This document shows positions 43,625 to 52,752 of a DNA stretch of 64,000 nt, in pieces. This DNA comes from a virus. Position numbers and translations under genes: made by a program. The stretch is from IMG/VR virus record IMGVR_UViG_3300029305_001279; one strand, given 5' to 3'. The stretch's first letter is position 1; the number at the start of each line of letters is the position of its first letter. The notes beneath the pieces are model-generated. The model was not told the DNA's origin, ran no database searches, and was given only the letters and a program-made list of their open reading frames with translations.

Positions 43625-44632
43625 ATGGCGGCAGCATCCACCGCAAAACCTGAATACACGGCCTACGTCATTTCCGGCGGCACGAAGTATGAAATCACCC
43701 CCGCCATCGAGAGCATCGACATCTCCGACCAGAAGAAGCAGATCGCAAAGTGTGTGACCATCCAGTTGCTTAATACCAAAGTCGGCGACAAGTGGCTCAC
43801 AGACATTCTGGATGTCTGTGACCGGGTATTCCTGCACGCAAACGATGGCAGCAAGGAGGGTGAAACCTTCCGAGGCTTCATATGGGATCGCGGATACAAG
43901 AGTTCCCTCACCGACAGGACATTCCAGCTGAAGTGCTACGACAACCTGATCTACTTCCAGAAGTCGGACCATTTCGCCTTTTTCTCCTCCGGTAAAAGCA
44001 CAAAGGACGTGGCCGCTTCCCTGTGCAAGGAATGGGGTGTCAATCTCGACTACACCTACGAGAGCGTCACCCATGCCAAGCTGGTCCTTCGGGGCAAGCT
44101 GGCGGACATTTTCACAGAAGACCTCCTCGACCTGGTCAAGGACCGCACCGGCAAGAAGTACGTCATCCTGAGTGAACAGGATGTCATGCAGATCAAGGCG
44201 GTCGGCTCAAACAGCACCATCTACAACTTCGTCGCCGCTCAGAATGCCATCCAGACGTCCGCCGTGCGCACGATGGACGGGGTGAAGACCAAGGTCAACA
44301 TCCTTGGCAAGGCCGACAAAGAGGACCGTCAGCCCGTCGAGGCGACCGTGAGCGGTGATACCGCAAAGTACGGTACCATTCAGACAACAATCAGCCGGAG
44401 CGAGAATACCAGCCTGGAGGACGCCAAGAAGGAAGCCAACAGCATCATCGCCGCAGACGGTAAGCCGAAGGATGAATTCGAGCTGACCGCACCGGACGTT
44501 CCCTGGATCCGAAAGGGCGACAAGGTCTACGTCAACGCTGGCAATATGAACGGTTACTACATCGTGAACGGCATCGAGCGCACCATCGGCGGCAAGAAGC
44601 GGGAAATGGTTCTGGACTTGGAAGCAGCGTAA
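43625..44632 (+). CDS. XkdQ/YqbQ-like (late control D-like) baseplate hub protein
   Basis: Size and order within the Xkd P-Q-R-S-T-U series. Confidence 0.55.
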   Translation: MAAASTAKPEYTAYVISGGTKYEITPAIESIDISDQKKQIAKCVTIQLLNTKVGDKWLTDILDVCDRVFLHANDGSKEGETFRGFIWDRGYKSSLTDRTFQLKCYDNLIYFQKSDHFAFFSSGKSTKDVAASLCKEWGVNLDYTYESVTHAKLVLRGKLADIFTEDLLDLVKDRTGKKYVILSEQDVMQIKAVGSNSTIYNFVAAQNAIQTSAVRTMDGVKTKVNILGKADKEDRQPVEATVSGDTAKYGTIQTTISRSENTSLEDAKKEANSIIAADGKPKDEFELTAPDVPWIRKGDKVYVNAGNMNGYYIVNGIERTIGGKKREMVLDLEAA

Positions 44633-44648
44633 GGGAAAGGAGTCCGGA

Positions 44649-45050
44649 ATGAATAATATGCAGCGGCTCGGCAATGTCCTTGCCAGCCGAATGAAGACTA
44701 CATCTGCCGCAGCGGTACCGATGACCATCGAGCTCGGTACCATCAACAGCAACCTGTCCCTCACAACGGACAGCCTGCCCACCCCCATCCCCAAGGGGGA
44801 CTACATGATAAATATCATGCTGGCCAGCGATACATACCGTACCAGCTCCGAATCGCACTCCCACAGCGGAGGAAGCCACAGCCACAGCGGCGGCGATCAC
44901 TCCCACAGCGGCGGCTCACACAGCCACAGCGGCGGGGATCACGACCATGCGCTGCCTGATGTCTTCCGCGCCCTGAAGGCCGGTGACCGGGTTCTGGTGG
45001 CGTGGTGCGGCAACGAGCCGGTGGTCATCGCCATTGTGGTCAGCAGCTAA
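44649..45050 (+). CDS. XkdR-like small baseplate/spike protein with a (HSHSGGx)4 His-rich repeat
   Basis: Repeat SHSHSGGSHSHSGGDHSHSGGSHSHSGGDHDH. C-terminal GDRVLVAW...VVIAIV. Confidence 0.5.
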   Translation: MNNMQRLGNVLASRMKTTSAAAVPMTIELGTINSNLSLTTDSLPTPIPKGDYMINIMLASDTYRTSSESHSHSGGSHSHSGGDHSHSGGSHSHSGGDHDHALPDVFRALKAGDRVLVAWCGNEPVVIAIVVSS

Positions 45051-45062
45051 GGAGGAGAAAAC

Positions 45063-45533
45063 ATGGCGAATCTGTTCCCGGAAGGCTACGCTGACGCGGT
45101 CATCACAGAGGAGGACCGTACAAGCGGCGCTCCAGTCGGATACCGAAACGGCGTGGCCTTCGATTATGAAACCGGAGACTTCAAACGGGATGGCAAGAAC
45201 ATGCTCCTGGACAGCTACGGCATCGAAAGCTGGAAGTCCTGGTGCATCATCTGCATCCAGACGGAGCGCTATGCCCATCTGGCCTGTCCCTCCGACTTCG
45301 GCATTGAAACCGCAGCAGCCATGCGGGCCACTTCCCGGGCAGAGGCAGAAAGCATCCTGTCCCGCGAAATCACGGAAGCGCTTCTGGCGGATCCGTATGG
45401 CAGAACCAAATACGTAGAGGACATCTCCTATGACTGGACAGAGCCGGACATGGTCATTGTCAGCGCCACCGTCCATGGCATAGAAGATGTTTCCATTGAC
45501 CTGACAGCATACCTGACAAAGGGGGGATCGTAA
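45063..45533 (+). CDS. XkdS-like (DUF2634) baseplate protein
   Basis: Order and size, plus GYRNGVAFDYETGDF... Confidence 0.5.
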   Translation: MANLFPEGYADAVITEEDRTSGAPVGYRNGVAFDYETGDFKRDGKNMLLDSYGIESWKSWCIICIQTERYAHLACPSDFGIETAAAMRATSRAEAESILSREITEALLADPYGRTKYVEDISYDWTEPDMVIVSATVHGIEDVSIDLTAYLTKGGS

Positions 45534-46691
45534 ATGGCTGAATTCGTCATTCCTGATTTTTTGCAGCACTGCAGTGTGGATGAAATCCACAAGAAGATAG
45601 CAAAGGAAATGCCCGCTGACATCGACCTCAGCGCCGGCAACCACGCCTGGAACATGACCAGACCGACGGCTATCGCCATGGCGGAAATGTGTGAATACTA
45701 CCTGGTGCGGACTATCGAGCTGATTCTGCCGGAGTGGTCCTACGGTACCGTCCTGGTGGGCCATGCCAAGAGCCGAAACCTGACACCCCGATCTGCGACC
45801 GCTGCATCCGGATCCATCACCGTTACCGGAAAAGCGGGAACTCCTGTTCCTACCGGCAGCCTGTTTGCCACAGCGGCAGTCAATGACGAGCCCTCTGTGG
45901 AATACGCAACCACAGAGCCGGCAACAATCCCCGAAAGCGGAAGCCTGACCATTGCAGTCGAGTGTACGCAGACCGGAATCATCGGCAACACCGCCGCCAA
46001 CACCATCATTATGGTAGCCGGTAAGAACACCGGCATCACCGCCGTAACGAACGAGGAAGCCATCACCGGCGGTACCGAAGCGGAAAGCGATGAATCCCTG
46101 AAAGAGCGAATCGATGAAGTCGATAAGAGCCAGGGCGAATCCTATGCCGGTACTCCTGCGGACTATAAGCGCTGGGCCAAGAGTGTGCCCGGTGTCGGTG
46201 AAGCTACCATCATTCCTGCCCAGGACGACTCCGGACTGGTGCAGATCATTTTGACCGACGCAAACGGCGACCCCGCAACCACAAATCTCTGTGAAGAGGT
46301 GTATAACTATATCATGAGACCCGATGCACCTGATAAGCGCCGTGCGCCGATTGGTGCATTCCTGTCCGTGAATCCTCCTGCGACGATGACCATTGCTATC
46401 CGAGCTACCGTGAAGCTGAAGAGCGGTGCGACAATCGAGGCTGTCAAGACCGCCTACGCGGCCGCCCTGTCCACGTATCTTCCCGAGGCATTCGGCGACG
46501 GAGAAATCAAATACTCCCGCGTGTGGGCCGCGCTGGCTTCCACAGCAGGTGTAGACGACTTCACCGACCTGCAGCTCGGCGTCAAGAACGGCGGCAGCGT
46601 CAACTACGGCACGTCCAACATCCAGATTTCGGAGAGCCAGCTCCCGACCATATCCGTGGATAACCTGATTCTGACTGCCGGAACGGTCTGA
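45534..46691 (+). CDS. baseplate J-like protein (XkdT-like)
   Basis: 385 aa, with a ...TGGTEAESDESLKERI... segment typical of baseplate J. Confidence 0.7.
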   Translation: MAEFVIPDFLQHCSVDEIHKKIAKEMPADIDLSAGNHAWNMTRPTAIAMAEMCEYYLVRTIELILPEWSYGTVLVGHAKSRNLTPRSATAASGSITVTGKAGTPVPTGSLFATAAVNDEPSVEYATTEPATIPESGSLTIAVECTQTGIIGNTAANTIIMVAGKNTGITAVTNEEAITGGTEAESDESLKERIDEVDKSQGESYAGTPADYKRWAKSVPGVGEATIIPAQDDSGLVQIILTDANGDPATTNLCEEVYNYIMRPDAPDKRRAPIGAFLSVNPPATMTIAIRATVKLKSGATIEAVKTAYAAALSTYLPEAFGDGEIKYSRVWAALASTAGVDDFTDLQLGVKNGGSVNYGTSNIQISESQLPTISVDNLILTAGTV

Positions 46692-46702
46692 GAGGTGAGC
46701 GT

Positions 46703-47275
46703 ATGAGAAATCCAACGGAACTGATGCGCTCCATCCTGACTGACCCGACCGCGCAGGAGATCATTGACTACATCCCGCCTGTTTATGGCGATAGCTATGT
46801 GGCCCTTCACATCGTCCAGGCCATCGGCAAGGTGCTGGGAGAGGTGCGGAAGATCTGCGACGATCTGATGTACGAAACAACCCCGGCCACGTCCGCCCTG
46901 CTGCTGGACTACTGGGAGGACCAGTACGCAATCCCCCGTGACAGCAGTCTGACCATCGAGCAGAGGCGGGCACGGATCGTCCAGAAGCGTCTGGCCCGTG
47001 GCCCCTGCAACCCTGCCGTCCTGGCAGCTGCTGTCTCCAGCACCCTGGGCGGCATCCGTGTGGACATCAACGAGCGAGTGGCAAAGAACACCTTCGAGGT
47101 GCTTCTCTACGAGCAGGTGAATGACCTGAGTCCTGCAATCGCAGTGCTGGACCGGCTGAAGCCTGCCCACCTGATCTACGAGATCCGCATCATGGCTCCG
47201 ACAGTCATCACAGCGGAAATCAACGTAGGCGCGGCTGTAACCTACAGCGAAAAATTCAATGTGGAGGTAAGTTAA
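46703..47275 (+). CDS. XkdU-like (DUF2313) tail protein
   Basis: YWEDQYAIPRDSSLTIEQRRARI is a DUF2313-type motif. Confidence 0.55.
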   Translation: MRNPTELMRSILTDPTAQEIIDYIPPVYGDSYVALHIVQAIGKVLGEVRKICDDLMYETTPATSALLLDYWEDQYAIPRDSSLTIEQRRARIVQKRLARGPCNPAVLAAAVSSTLGGIRVDINERVAKNTFEVLLYEQVNDLSPAIAVLDRLKPAHLIYEIRIMAPTVITAEINVGAAVTYSEKFNVEVS

Positions 47276-47276
47276 T

Positions 47277-48572
47277 TTGGCTACAGTTATCACCAATAAG
47301 GGACTCGCACTCCTGGCGAAGCTGACCCAGGGAAACACCCTGGAGATCACAAGTGCGAAAACCGGTGCCGGAACGGTCGATGCCTCCCTCCTTCAGCAGC
47401 AGACCGCCGTCACCAACCTGAAACAGACCATGACGATCAAGAGCATCAACTACCCGGAGGACGGGAAGTGCGTTCTCGTTCTGTCTGTCACCAATGACGG
47501 CGTGGCATCCGGTTACACCATCATGCAGGTCGGTATCTATGCACAGGATCCTGACGAGGGCGAGCTGCTGTTCTCCATCTGGCAGATCGACAGCGGATCC
47601 GGCATCAATATTCCGTCCGAAGCGGTTCTCCCCGGCTACAATGCTGAGATGAACTACTACATCAAGTACGACCAGGCCGACAGCGTCAATGTGAATGTGG
47701 ATCCGTCCAATACGGTATCCCAGGCAGCCATGGAAGCCTATGTCAACAAAGAAGCGAAGAGTGTCGTCGATGCTCACACCGCCAACAAGAACAATCCCCA
47801 CAACGTAAGTGCCTCGCAGCTGGGCCTTGCAAAGGTTGCCACATCCGGCAGCTACAATGACCTGAGCAATAAGCCTACCATCCCCAGCACCCTGCCTGCC
47901 AACGGTGGCAACGCAGATACCGTGGATGGCAAGCACGCTTCTGACTTTGCGACCTCTGGTCATACTCACGATGTATCTAAAATCGCCGGTGCGGTTTCTC
48001 TGGTAGATCTTCCGAATATGCACGTGTGGCGCAAATATAGTGAAGACCCCGACCAATATGAACTGGGCGGTGCTAAGAGTACCCTTATTGCAATCAAAAA
48101 CTCTAATGGTGTTTATAATGACATCTATTATTCCTCTACAGTCGATGTTTCCGATGGTGTGGTCTCCTTAATTGATCCCAGTGTTCTGACCGGGTTTGAA
48201 AATAATAGCTCCGACGAAACCGAAATCAGGGTCCTTGCTGGTAAGTATGTAAAAGGATATGACGGAAATATATACCTTGTACCTGATACGTTAGCCACTA
48301 GTACCGCAACCAATTATGTTGTAGGTGGCACATACTACCTGCAAGTGATTGGAGTAAAATCTGTAACGGTCGCAAATATTGAATTCGTTTACGTCGCAGA
48401 TAAGAACAAAGGAACCTACCCGACCGACGGCAAGCACACAGATGGTTGCTGGTACGAGTACCACAAACAGTTGGCAGAAGACCCTGAACCTGCTATTACC
48501 TACGGGACCGCGGACCTCGAAGCAGGAGTCAGCGCCCTTGCAACAGGAAAGCTGTATATCGTGTATGAGTGA
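47277..48572 (+). CDS. tail fibre protein
   Basis: TTG start. N-terminal ATVITNKGLALLAKL... and NPHNVSASQLGLAKVATSGSYNDLSNKPTIP...ADTVDGKHASDF are fibre repeats. Confidence 0.6.
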   Translation: MATVITNKGLALLAKLTQGNTLEITSAKTGAGTVDASLLQQQTAVTNLKQTMTIKSINYPEDGKCVLVLSVTNDGVASGYTIMQVGIYAQDPDEGELLFSIWQIDSGSGINIPSEAVLPGYNAEMNYYIKYDQADSVNVNVDPSNTVSQAAMEAYVNKEAKSVVDAHTANKNNPHNVSASQLGLAKVATSGSYNDLSNKPTIPSTLPANGGNADTVDGKHASDFATSGHTHDVSKIAGAVSLVDLPNMHVWRKYSEDPDQYELGGAKSTLIAIKNSNGVYNDIYYSSTVDVSDGVVSLIDPSVLTGFENNSSDETEIRVLAGKYVKGYDGNIYLVPDTLATSTATNYVVGGTYYLQVIGVKSVTVANIEFVYVADKNKGTYPTDGKHTDGCWYEYHKQLAEDPEPAITYGTADLEAGVSALATGKLYIVYE

Positions 48573-48583
48573 GGTGCGCTGAT

Positions 48584-49384
48584 ATGTCAACTGGTTTTTA
48601 TATCGGTTCTGATGGCAAGGCGCGGAAGGCGAAAGGCGTATTCATCGGCATCGATGGCAAAGCACGGAAAGGCAAGAAGGGCTACATCGGGGACGAAAAC
48701 GGTGTGGCTCGGCTGTGCTGGACTGCATTTGAAGCTGACCCGGTTTTTGCAAATAACTCCTGGGAAAACATTGCGCTGGCGTGCCAGCTGGGCGCAGTCC
48801 CCGAAACCTGGGCTGTCGGCGATGAGAAGGAGATAACCATCGACGGGTGGGAATATACCGTCAACATCATCGGCAAGGATCATGACGATTATGCCGATGG
48901 TTCCGGAAAGGCACCGTTGACATTCCAGTTATATCACCTATGCAACGTACTTGCCATGAACTCAACGGATACGAATTCCGGCGGCTGGGCTAATTGTAAT
49001 ATGAGAAAAGCTCAGCTTCCTGCAATTTTGCTGACGATGCCGACAGAGGTGCAGGCAGGCATCAGGGAAGTCACAAAGGTCACGAACAAAGGTGGAACCA
49101 GCGGCGGCTCTACCCTTGAAACCTCAACGGACAAACTGTTCCTGCTTTCCGAGACGGAAGTTTTCAACACAACCAACGTCACGAAAGTCGCTGAAGGCAC
49201 ACAGTACGAATACTATGCGAACGGCGCAAGCACGAGAAAGGATGATGGTTTCATCGAGCAAGCGTGGTGGATGCGAACCCCGGATTCCGCCTCTACTAGC
49301 AAGTTCGGCTATGCCATCAACGATCATGCGGCCGCCAGCTACGCTTCGTATGCTCATGGCGTATCCTTCGCATTCTGCTTCTAA
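48584..49384 (+). CDS. fibre-associated protein (DUF6273-like)
   Basis: GGWANCNMRK...LFLLSETEVF...WWMRTP pattern. Located downstream of the fibre gene. Confidence 0.45.
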   Translation: MSTGFYIGSDGKARKAKGVFIGIDGKARKGKKGYIGDENGVARLCWTAFEADPVFANNSWENIALACQLGAVPETWAVGDEKEITIDGWEYTVNIIGKDHDDYADGSGKAPLTFQLYHLCNVLAMNSTDTNSGGWANCNMRKAQLPAILLTMPTEVQAGIREVTKVTNKGGTSGGSTLETSTDKLFLLSETEVFNTTNVTKVAEGTQYEYYANGASTRKDDGFIEQAWWMRTPDSASTSKFGYAINDHAAASYASYAHGVSFAFCF

Positions 49385-49449
49385 GTCGGTAAGGAAATCA
49401 CCGGCGAATCCTTCACATAACCCATCATAAAGCCCACAACGAATGGAGC

Positions 49450-49908
49450 GTGAAATCATTGCAATTACTTGAAGCAATATCTGAACTATCGATAGGAGAG
49501 CTCGTGCGCTACATCGCGCTCATCGTTGCGGGAGCTGCTGCCTTCGTAGAGAAGACATCCAAAACCATGAAGCCGCTGACAAAGCTGGCCAAAGCTATCG
49601 GCAGAGCCATCAACGGTGAACTCATGGAAAAGGTGGACAGCCTGGAACAGAAAGTCGAAAAGATGGCCCAGGAGGAGCAGCTGCAACGAGCGAAAGACGC
49701 TCGCACCCGCGTCCTCCGGTTCGGCGACGAGCTGATCCACGATGTCCGCCATACAAAAGAGCATTTCGATGATGTCCTCCGGGACATCACCGAATATGAG
49801 AAATACTGTGACGAGCACCCGAAGTTCGAGAACGATCAGATGCACATCACAGCAGAACACATCAAGGAAACGTATCATAAGTGCTTGAAGGAGCACAGTT
49901 TTTTGTAA
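49450..49908 (+). CDS. hypothetical protein with an N-terminal TM helix (lysis-cassette neighbour)
   Basis: GTG start in the track. Contains LVRYIALIVAGAAAFV. Confidence 0.45.
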   Translation: MKSLQLLEAISELSIGELVRYIALIVAGAAAFVEKTSKTMKPLTKLAKAIGRAINGELMEKVDSLEQKVEKMAQEEQLQRAKDARTRVLRFGDELIHDVRHTKEHFDDVLRDITEYEKYCDEHPKFENDQMHITAEHIKETYHKCLKEHSFL

Positions 49909-49921
49909 GGAGGTATCCCAT

Positions 49922-50194
49922 ATGAAAATCAACTGGAAAGTCCGCAAAGAAAACATCCTCTTCGTCGCACAGATCATCGTATCCATCTTCGGCCCCATCC
50001 TGGCATACTTCGGTATGAACTGGGAAGACATGACCACCTGGGCAGCCATCGGCGACCTGTTCGTTCAGGCCGTCCAGAATCCCGTGGTCTGCCTGGCCGT
50101 GGCCGTCAGCGTGTTCAATGCCATCACCGATCCCACTACCAAAGGCATCGGCGACAGCCAGCGTGCGCTGACCTATGAGAAGCCTGCTGAATAA
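49922..50194 (+). CDS. holin (phage_holin_1 / LL-H-like)
   Basis: Two TM segments and a C-terminal ITDPTTKGIGDSQRALTYEKP signature. Confidence 0.6.
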   Translation: MKINWKVRKENILFVAQIIVSIFGPILAYFGMNWEDMTTWAAIGDLFVQAVQNPVVCLAVAVSVFNAITDPTTKGIGDSQRALTYEKPAE

Positions 50195-50210
50195 TTGAAA
50201 ATACCGAAAA

Positions 50211-50239
50211 CCGGCTCCCAGAACGGGGGCCGGTTTTTT
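50211..50239 (+). terminator. rho-independent terminator at the end of the late operon
   Basis: CCGGCTCCC-agaac-GGGGGCCGG followed by TTTTTT. Confidence 0.8.
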
Positions 50240-50254
50240 GTTTATTTTGCTGTG

Positions 50255-50282
50255 TTGACTTATTCCTGATTTCTGGTATAAT
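50255..50282 (+). promoter_or_regulatory. promoter of cassette copy 1 (TTGACT-16-TGGTATAAT)
   Basis: Seen directly. This is copy 1 of 4 of a conserved promoter plus CA-rich leader cassette. Confidence 0.6.
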
Positions 50283-50332
50283 GACAGTAGAAACACAGAA
50301 AGAACACAGCAAAACAACAGGGGGAAAACAGA

Positions 50333-50623
50333 ATGTTCATTTCACAAACTTTACCGCAAAAATTCGAGCTAGGCCAGGTCCTTATCACACCGGGAGCTCG
50401 TGACGATCTGGAACTCAAGGACGTGGCTTCCTGCCTGGTCCGTCACGCAGGCGGCGACTTCGGCGATGTGTGCGAGGAAGACAAGATGCTGAATGATGAA
50501 TCAATCGTACTTGGAGACGGACGCATCATGTCGGCCTACCACGACCGCAACGGCATCAAGTTCTGGATCATCACAGAATGGGACCGCTCCGCAACGACTA
50601 TCCTGCTACCGAGCGAGTATTAA
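50333..50623 (+). CDS. hypothetical conserved small protein
   Basis: 96 aa. The ...GDFGDVCEEDK...WIITEWDRSATTILLPSEY ending recalls a plasmid/phage family whose name I cannot give with confidence. Confidence 0.5.
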   Translation: MFISQTLPQKFELGQVLITPGARDDLELKDVASCLVRHAGGDFGDVCEEDKMLNDESIVLGDGRIMSAYHDRNGIKFWIITEWDRSATTILLPSEY

Positions 50624-50637
50624 GGGAGGAAAACAAA

Positions 50638-50931
50638 ATGAGTGATCTTCACAATTACGGGCTGATTCGATTCAGCAAGAAGACCGGAAAGGTCGATACC
50701 ACAATGACCGCTATTGGGCGCGGCCTGATCCAGCTCTGGGCCCTGCAGAACACGACGAAAACCAAAGCGTCTGTCATCGTAGACATTGACGAACGCAAAG
50801 TCTTCTCCGAATACGTCGGCACAGCAGACGGATTCCCGGAGGTCAGAAAGGATCCGGAAGCATTCGAGTATGACCTGCCGGATGAACTTTTCGACATCCT
50901 CGCAGAAGAAGCAGCAAAGCGGGCCGGATAA
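50638..50931 (+). CDS. hypothetical protein
   Basis: ATG 50638 follows AGGGAGG. Confidence 0.5.
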   Translation: MSDLHNYGLIRFSKKTGKVDTTMTAIGRGLIQLWALQNTTKTKASVIVDIDERKVFSEYVGTADGFPEVRKDPEAFEYDLPDELFDILAEEAAKRAG

Positions 50932-50958
50932 CCGGCCCCCACCTGAAAGGAGAACTCT

Positions 50959-51204
50959 ATGACCAGAGAAGAAGTTGCAAAGAGCGCCCGCAGCCTGCTC
51001 CGGAGCGGCTACCGTTTCATTACCGAGCACGACTTAGGCGAGAAGAAGGCCCGGATCCTGAAGGGCAACGGCATCTACGCCATGTACGTCGTCGAGTACA
51101 CCAGGAATGAGCAGGGCGTCTTCACAGCCAGCGCGATCCGCGTCTACGACATGGTCACCGAGATCCACCTGGGTGTCACCACCGGCGCCTACAAGGAAAT
51201 CTAA
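50959..51204 (+). CDS. hypothetical protein
   Basis: 81 aa ORF with AAGGAG upstream. Confidence 0.5.
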   Translation: MTREEVAKSARSLLRSGYRFITEHDLGEKKARILKGNGIYAMYVVEYTRNEQGVFTASAIRVYDMVTEIHLGVTTGAYKEI

Positions 51205-51248
51205 ACCACCAGGGCCGGGCAACCGGCCCCACATGAAAGGAGAACACT

Positions 51249-51479
51249 ATGGAAGATATAGTTCAGATCTGGAAGCCGCAACCCACAGACAACCTGGCAT
51301 TGAAGCCCTGTCCCTTCTGCGGTAACGAGGAGATCATGTATATGCAATACAAGCACACGGCGGGCCTTCGCTGGATGGTGATGTGTACCAAGTGTGTGGC
51401 CAGCATCGATCCCGGCTATGCACAGGAACGCCACCAGGTAGCCAAAATGTGGAACCGCAGAGCAGGCGAAAACGAATAA
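51249..51479 (+). CDS. Lar-family restriction alleviation protein
   Basis: CPFCGNEEI...VMCTKCVAS...AKMWNRRA is the zinc-ribbon pattern of the Lar family. Confidence 0.6.
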   Translation: MEDIVQIWKPQPTDNLALKPCPFCGNEEIMYMQYKHTAGLRWMVMCTKCVASIDPGYAQERHQVAKMWNRRAGENE

Positions 51480-51489
51480 AGGGAACAAC

Positions 51490-51520
51490 GGACCGGAGCT
51501 AAATGCTTCGGTCCTTTTTT
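51490..51520 (+). terminator. rho-independent terminator
   Basis: GGACCGGAGC-taaat-GCTTCGGTCC followed by TTTTTT. Confidence 0.75.
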
Positions 51521-51535
51521 GTGCAGTATGCCAGA

Positions 51536-51563
51536 TTGATTTCTTCCATTTTTCTGGTATAAT
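51536..51563 (+). promoter_or_regulatory. promoter of cassette copy 2 (TTGATT-16-TGGTATAAT)
   Basis: Seen directly; aligns with copies at 50255, 60874 and 63439. Confidence 0.6.
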
Positions 51564-51613
51564 TGCAGTATAACCACAGCAAAAACACAGAAACAAAACA
51601 GGAGGAAAACAGT

Positions 51614-51970
51614 ATGGAAGACAAGTTCGTTTATATGACCGTCGATCAGGTCGAGGTGCGAAAGGCGAAGGTCGCCGCTATCGAGGGGCTGGCTGAGATC
51701 CGGGCCGCCATCGATGCCACCAAATATGTCGTGGGTGATCTCGACAAGACCAGAGACCATCTCAGGGATCTCGATGAAATGCGGGCCGCGTTCCCCAGAG
51801 CTGCCGCCTATCTGGAAGCTGAGCGGTGGATCGCCACCGAGAACCCCATCAAGGTCCGGCTGGGCTCCCGCGCTATGGAGAAGATCCTGAACGGCGAGGA
51901 TCCCGAAGCTGTCATTCAGGAAATGAGCAAGGGCCTGGATGCCTTCTACCTGGCACAGCAGGGGGATTGA
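51614..51970 (+). CDS. hypothetical protein
   Basis: ATG 51614 follows AGGAGG (MEDKFVYMTVDQ...). Confidence 0.5.
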   Translation: MEDKFVYMTVDQVEVRKAKVAAIEGLAEIRAAIDATKYVVGDLDKTRDHLRDLDEMRAAFPRAAAYLEAERWIATENPIKVRLGSRAMEKILNGEDPEAVIQEMSKGLDAFYLAQQGD

Positions 51971-51972
51971 TT

Positions 51973-52176
51973 ATGAAGTTGATTGAGCTGCACTTTCGCG
52001 GGAGTCCCAGAGCCTTTAATGTGGCTAACATCAATGTCGTAGCTCCCATCGTCATACCGGAAGGAGAAAGGACACCGGGTACAGGTAGATCCAAAGTATG
52101 GATGGTCGGCGACCAAGAGGAATGGACGGTAGATGAAAGCTACGATGATATTTTACGAATGATTCCGGAGGACTGA
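51973..52176 (+). CDS. hypothetical small protein
   Basis: MKLIELHFRG.... It ends in the junction GGAGGACTGACCATG. Confidence 0.45.
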   Translation: MKLIELHFRGSPRAFNVANINVVAPIVIPEGERTPGTGRSKVWMVGDQEEWTVDESYDDILRMIPED

Positions 52177-52178
52177 CC

Positions 52179-52517
52179 ATGGATATCAGAGCAAAGCTGA
52201 TTGAGCTGTATTGCGAGGTTGAACAACTGCGTTATCTGCGAAAGGGCGTAGCAGAATGTGTTGACATCCTGATTGCCAACGGTGTGACGGTGCAGCGGTG
52301 GATCCCGGTAACGGAGCGGCTGCCGGACAAGGAGCTCTTGGAGTACCAGAAGAAATATGACCAGGACAACATGGAAGTTCTGGTCATGATTAAAGGAGCC
52401 AAGGAGGCAACCACGCTGTACTACGACAATGAAGGCGACTTTATTGACGAAAACGACGATGCGTGGCTGGTCACCCACTGGCAGCCTATGCCGAAGCCGC
52501 CGAAGGAGGATGAATGA
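52179..52517 (+). CDS. DUF551-like protein
   Basis: RWIPVTERLPD...VTHWQPMPKPP pattern. Confidence 0.5.
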   Translation: MDIRAKLIELYCEVEQLRYLRKGVAECVDILIANGVTVQRWIPVTERLPDKELLEYQKKYDQDNMEVLVMIKGAKEATTLYYDNEGDFIDENDDAWLVTHWQPMPKPPKEDE

Positions 52518-52750
52518 TGGAGGCAACGTGTAAGCTCGGCTCAAAGGGCTGTTTCACCGACGGCAAGTGCCGATACGATAAGGACTGCGAGAACAAGGTC
52601 TTCACCATCGCCGACCGGATCCGCGCCATGAACGACGACGAGCTGCGGAATTTCCTGTGCGGCCTGATGAATTGTTCCGGCTGCACCTTTGGAAGTTCCA
52701 GCGGCTGCACACTGAAAGAATGGCTCCAGATGCCATCGAAGGAGGACTGA
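52514..52750 (+). CDS. Cys-rich small protein, paralogous to the C-terminal half of 4860..5549
   Basis: IADRIRAMNDDELRNFL...CTLKEWLQMP compares with RADRIRSMSDEELADFM...CILEWLRQP. Confidence 0.5.
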   Translation: MMEATCKLGSKGCFTDGKCRYDKDCENKVFTIADRIRAMNDDELRNFLCGLMNCSGCTFGSSSGCTLKEWLQMPSKED

Positions 52751-52752
52751 CC

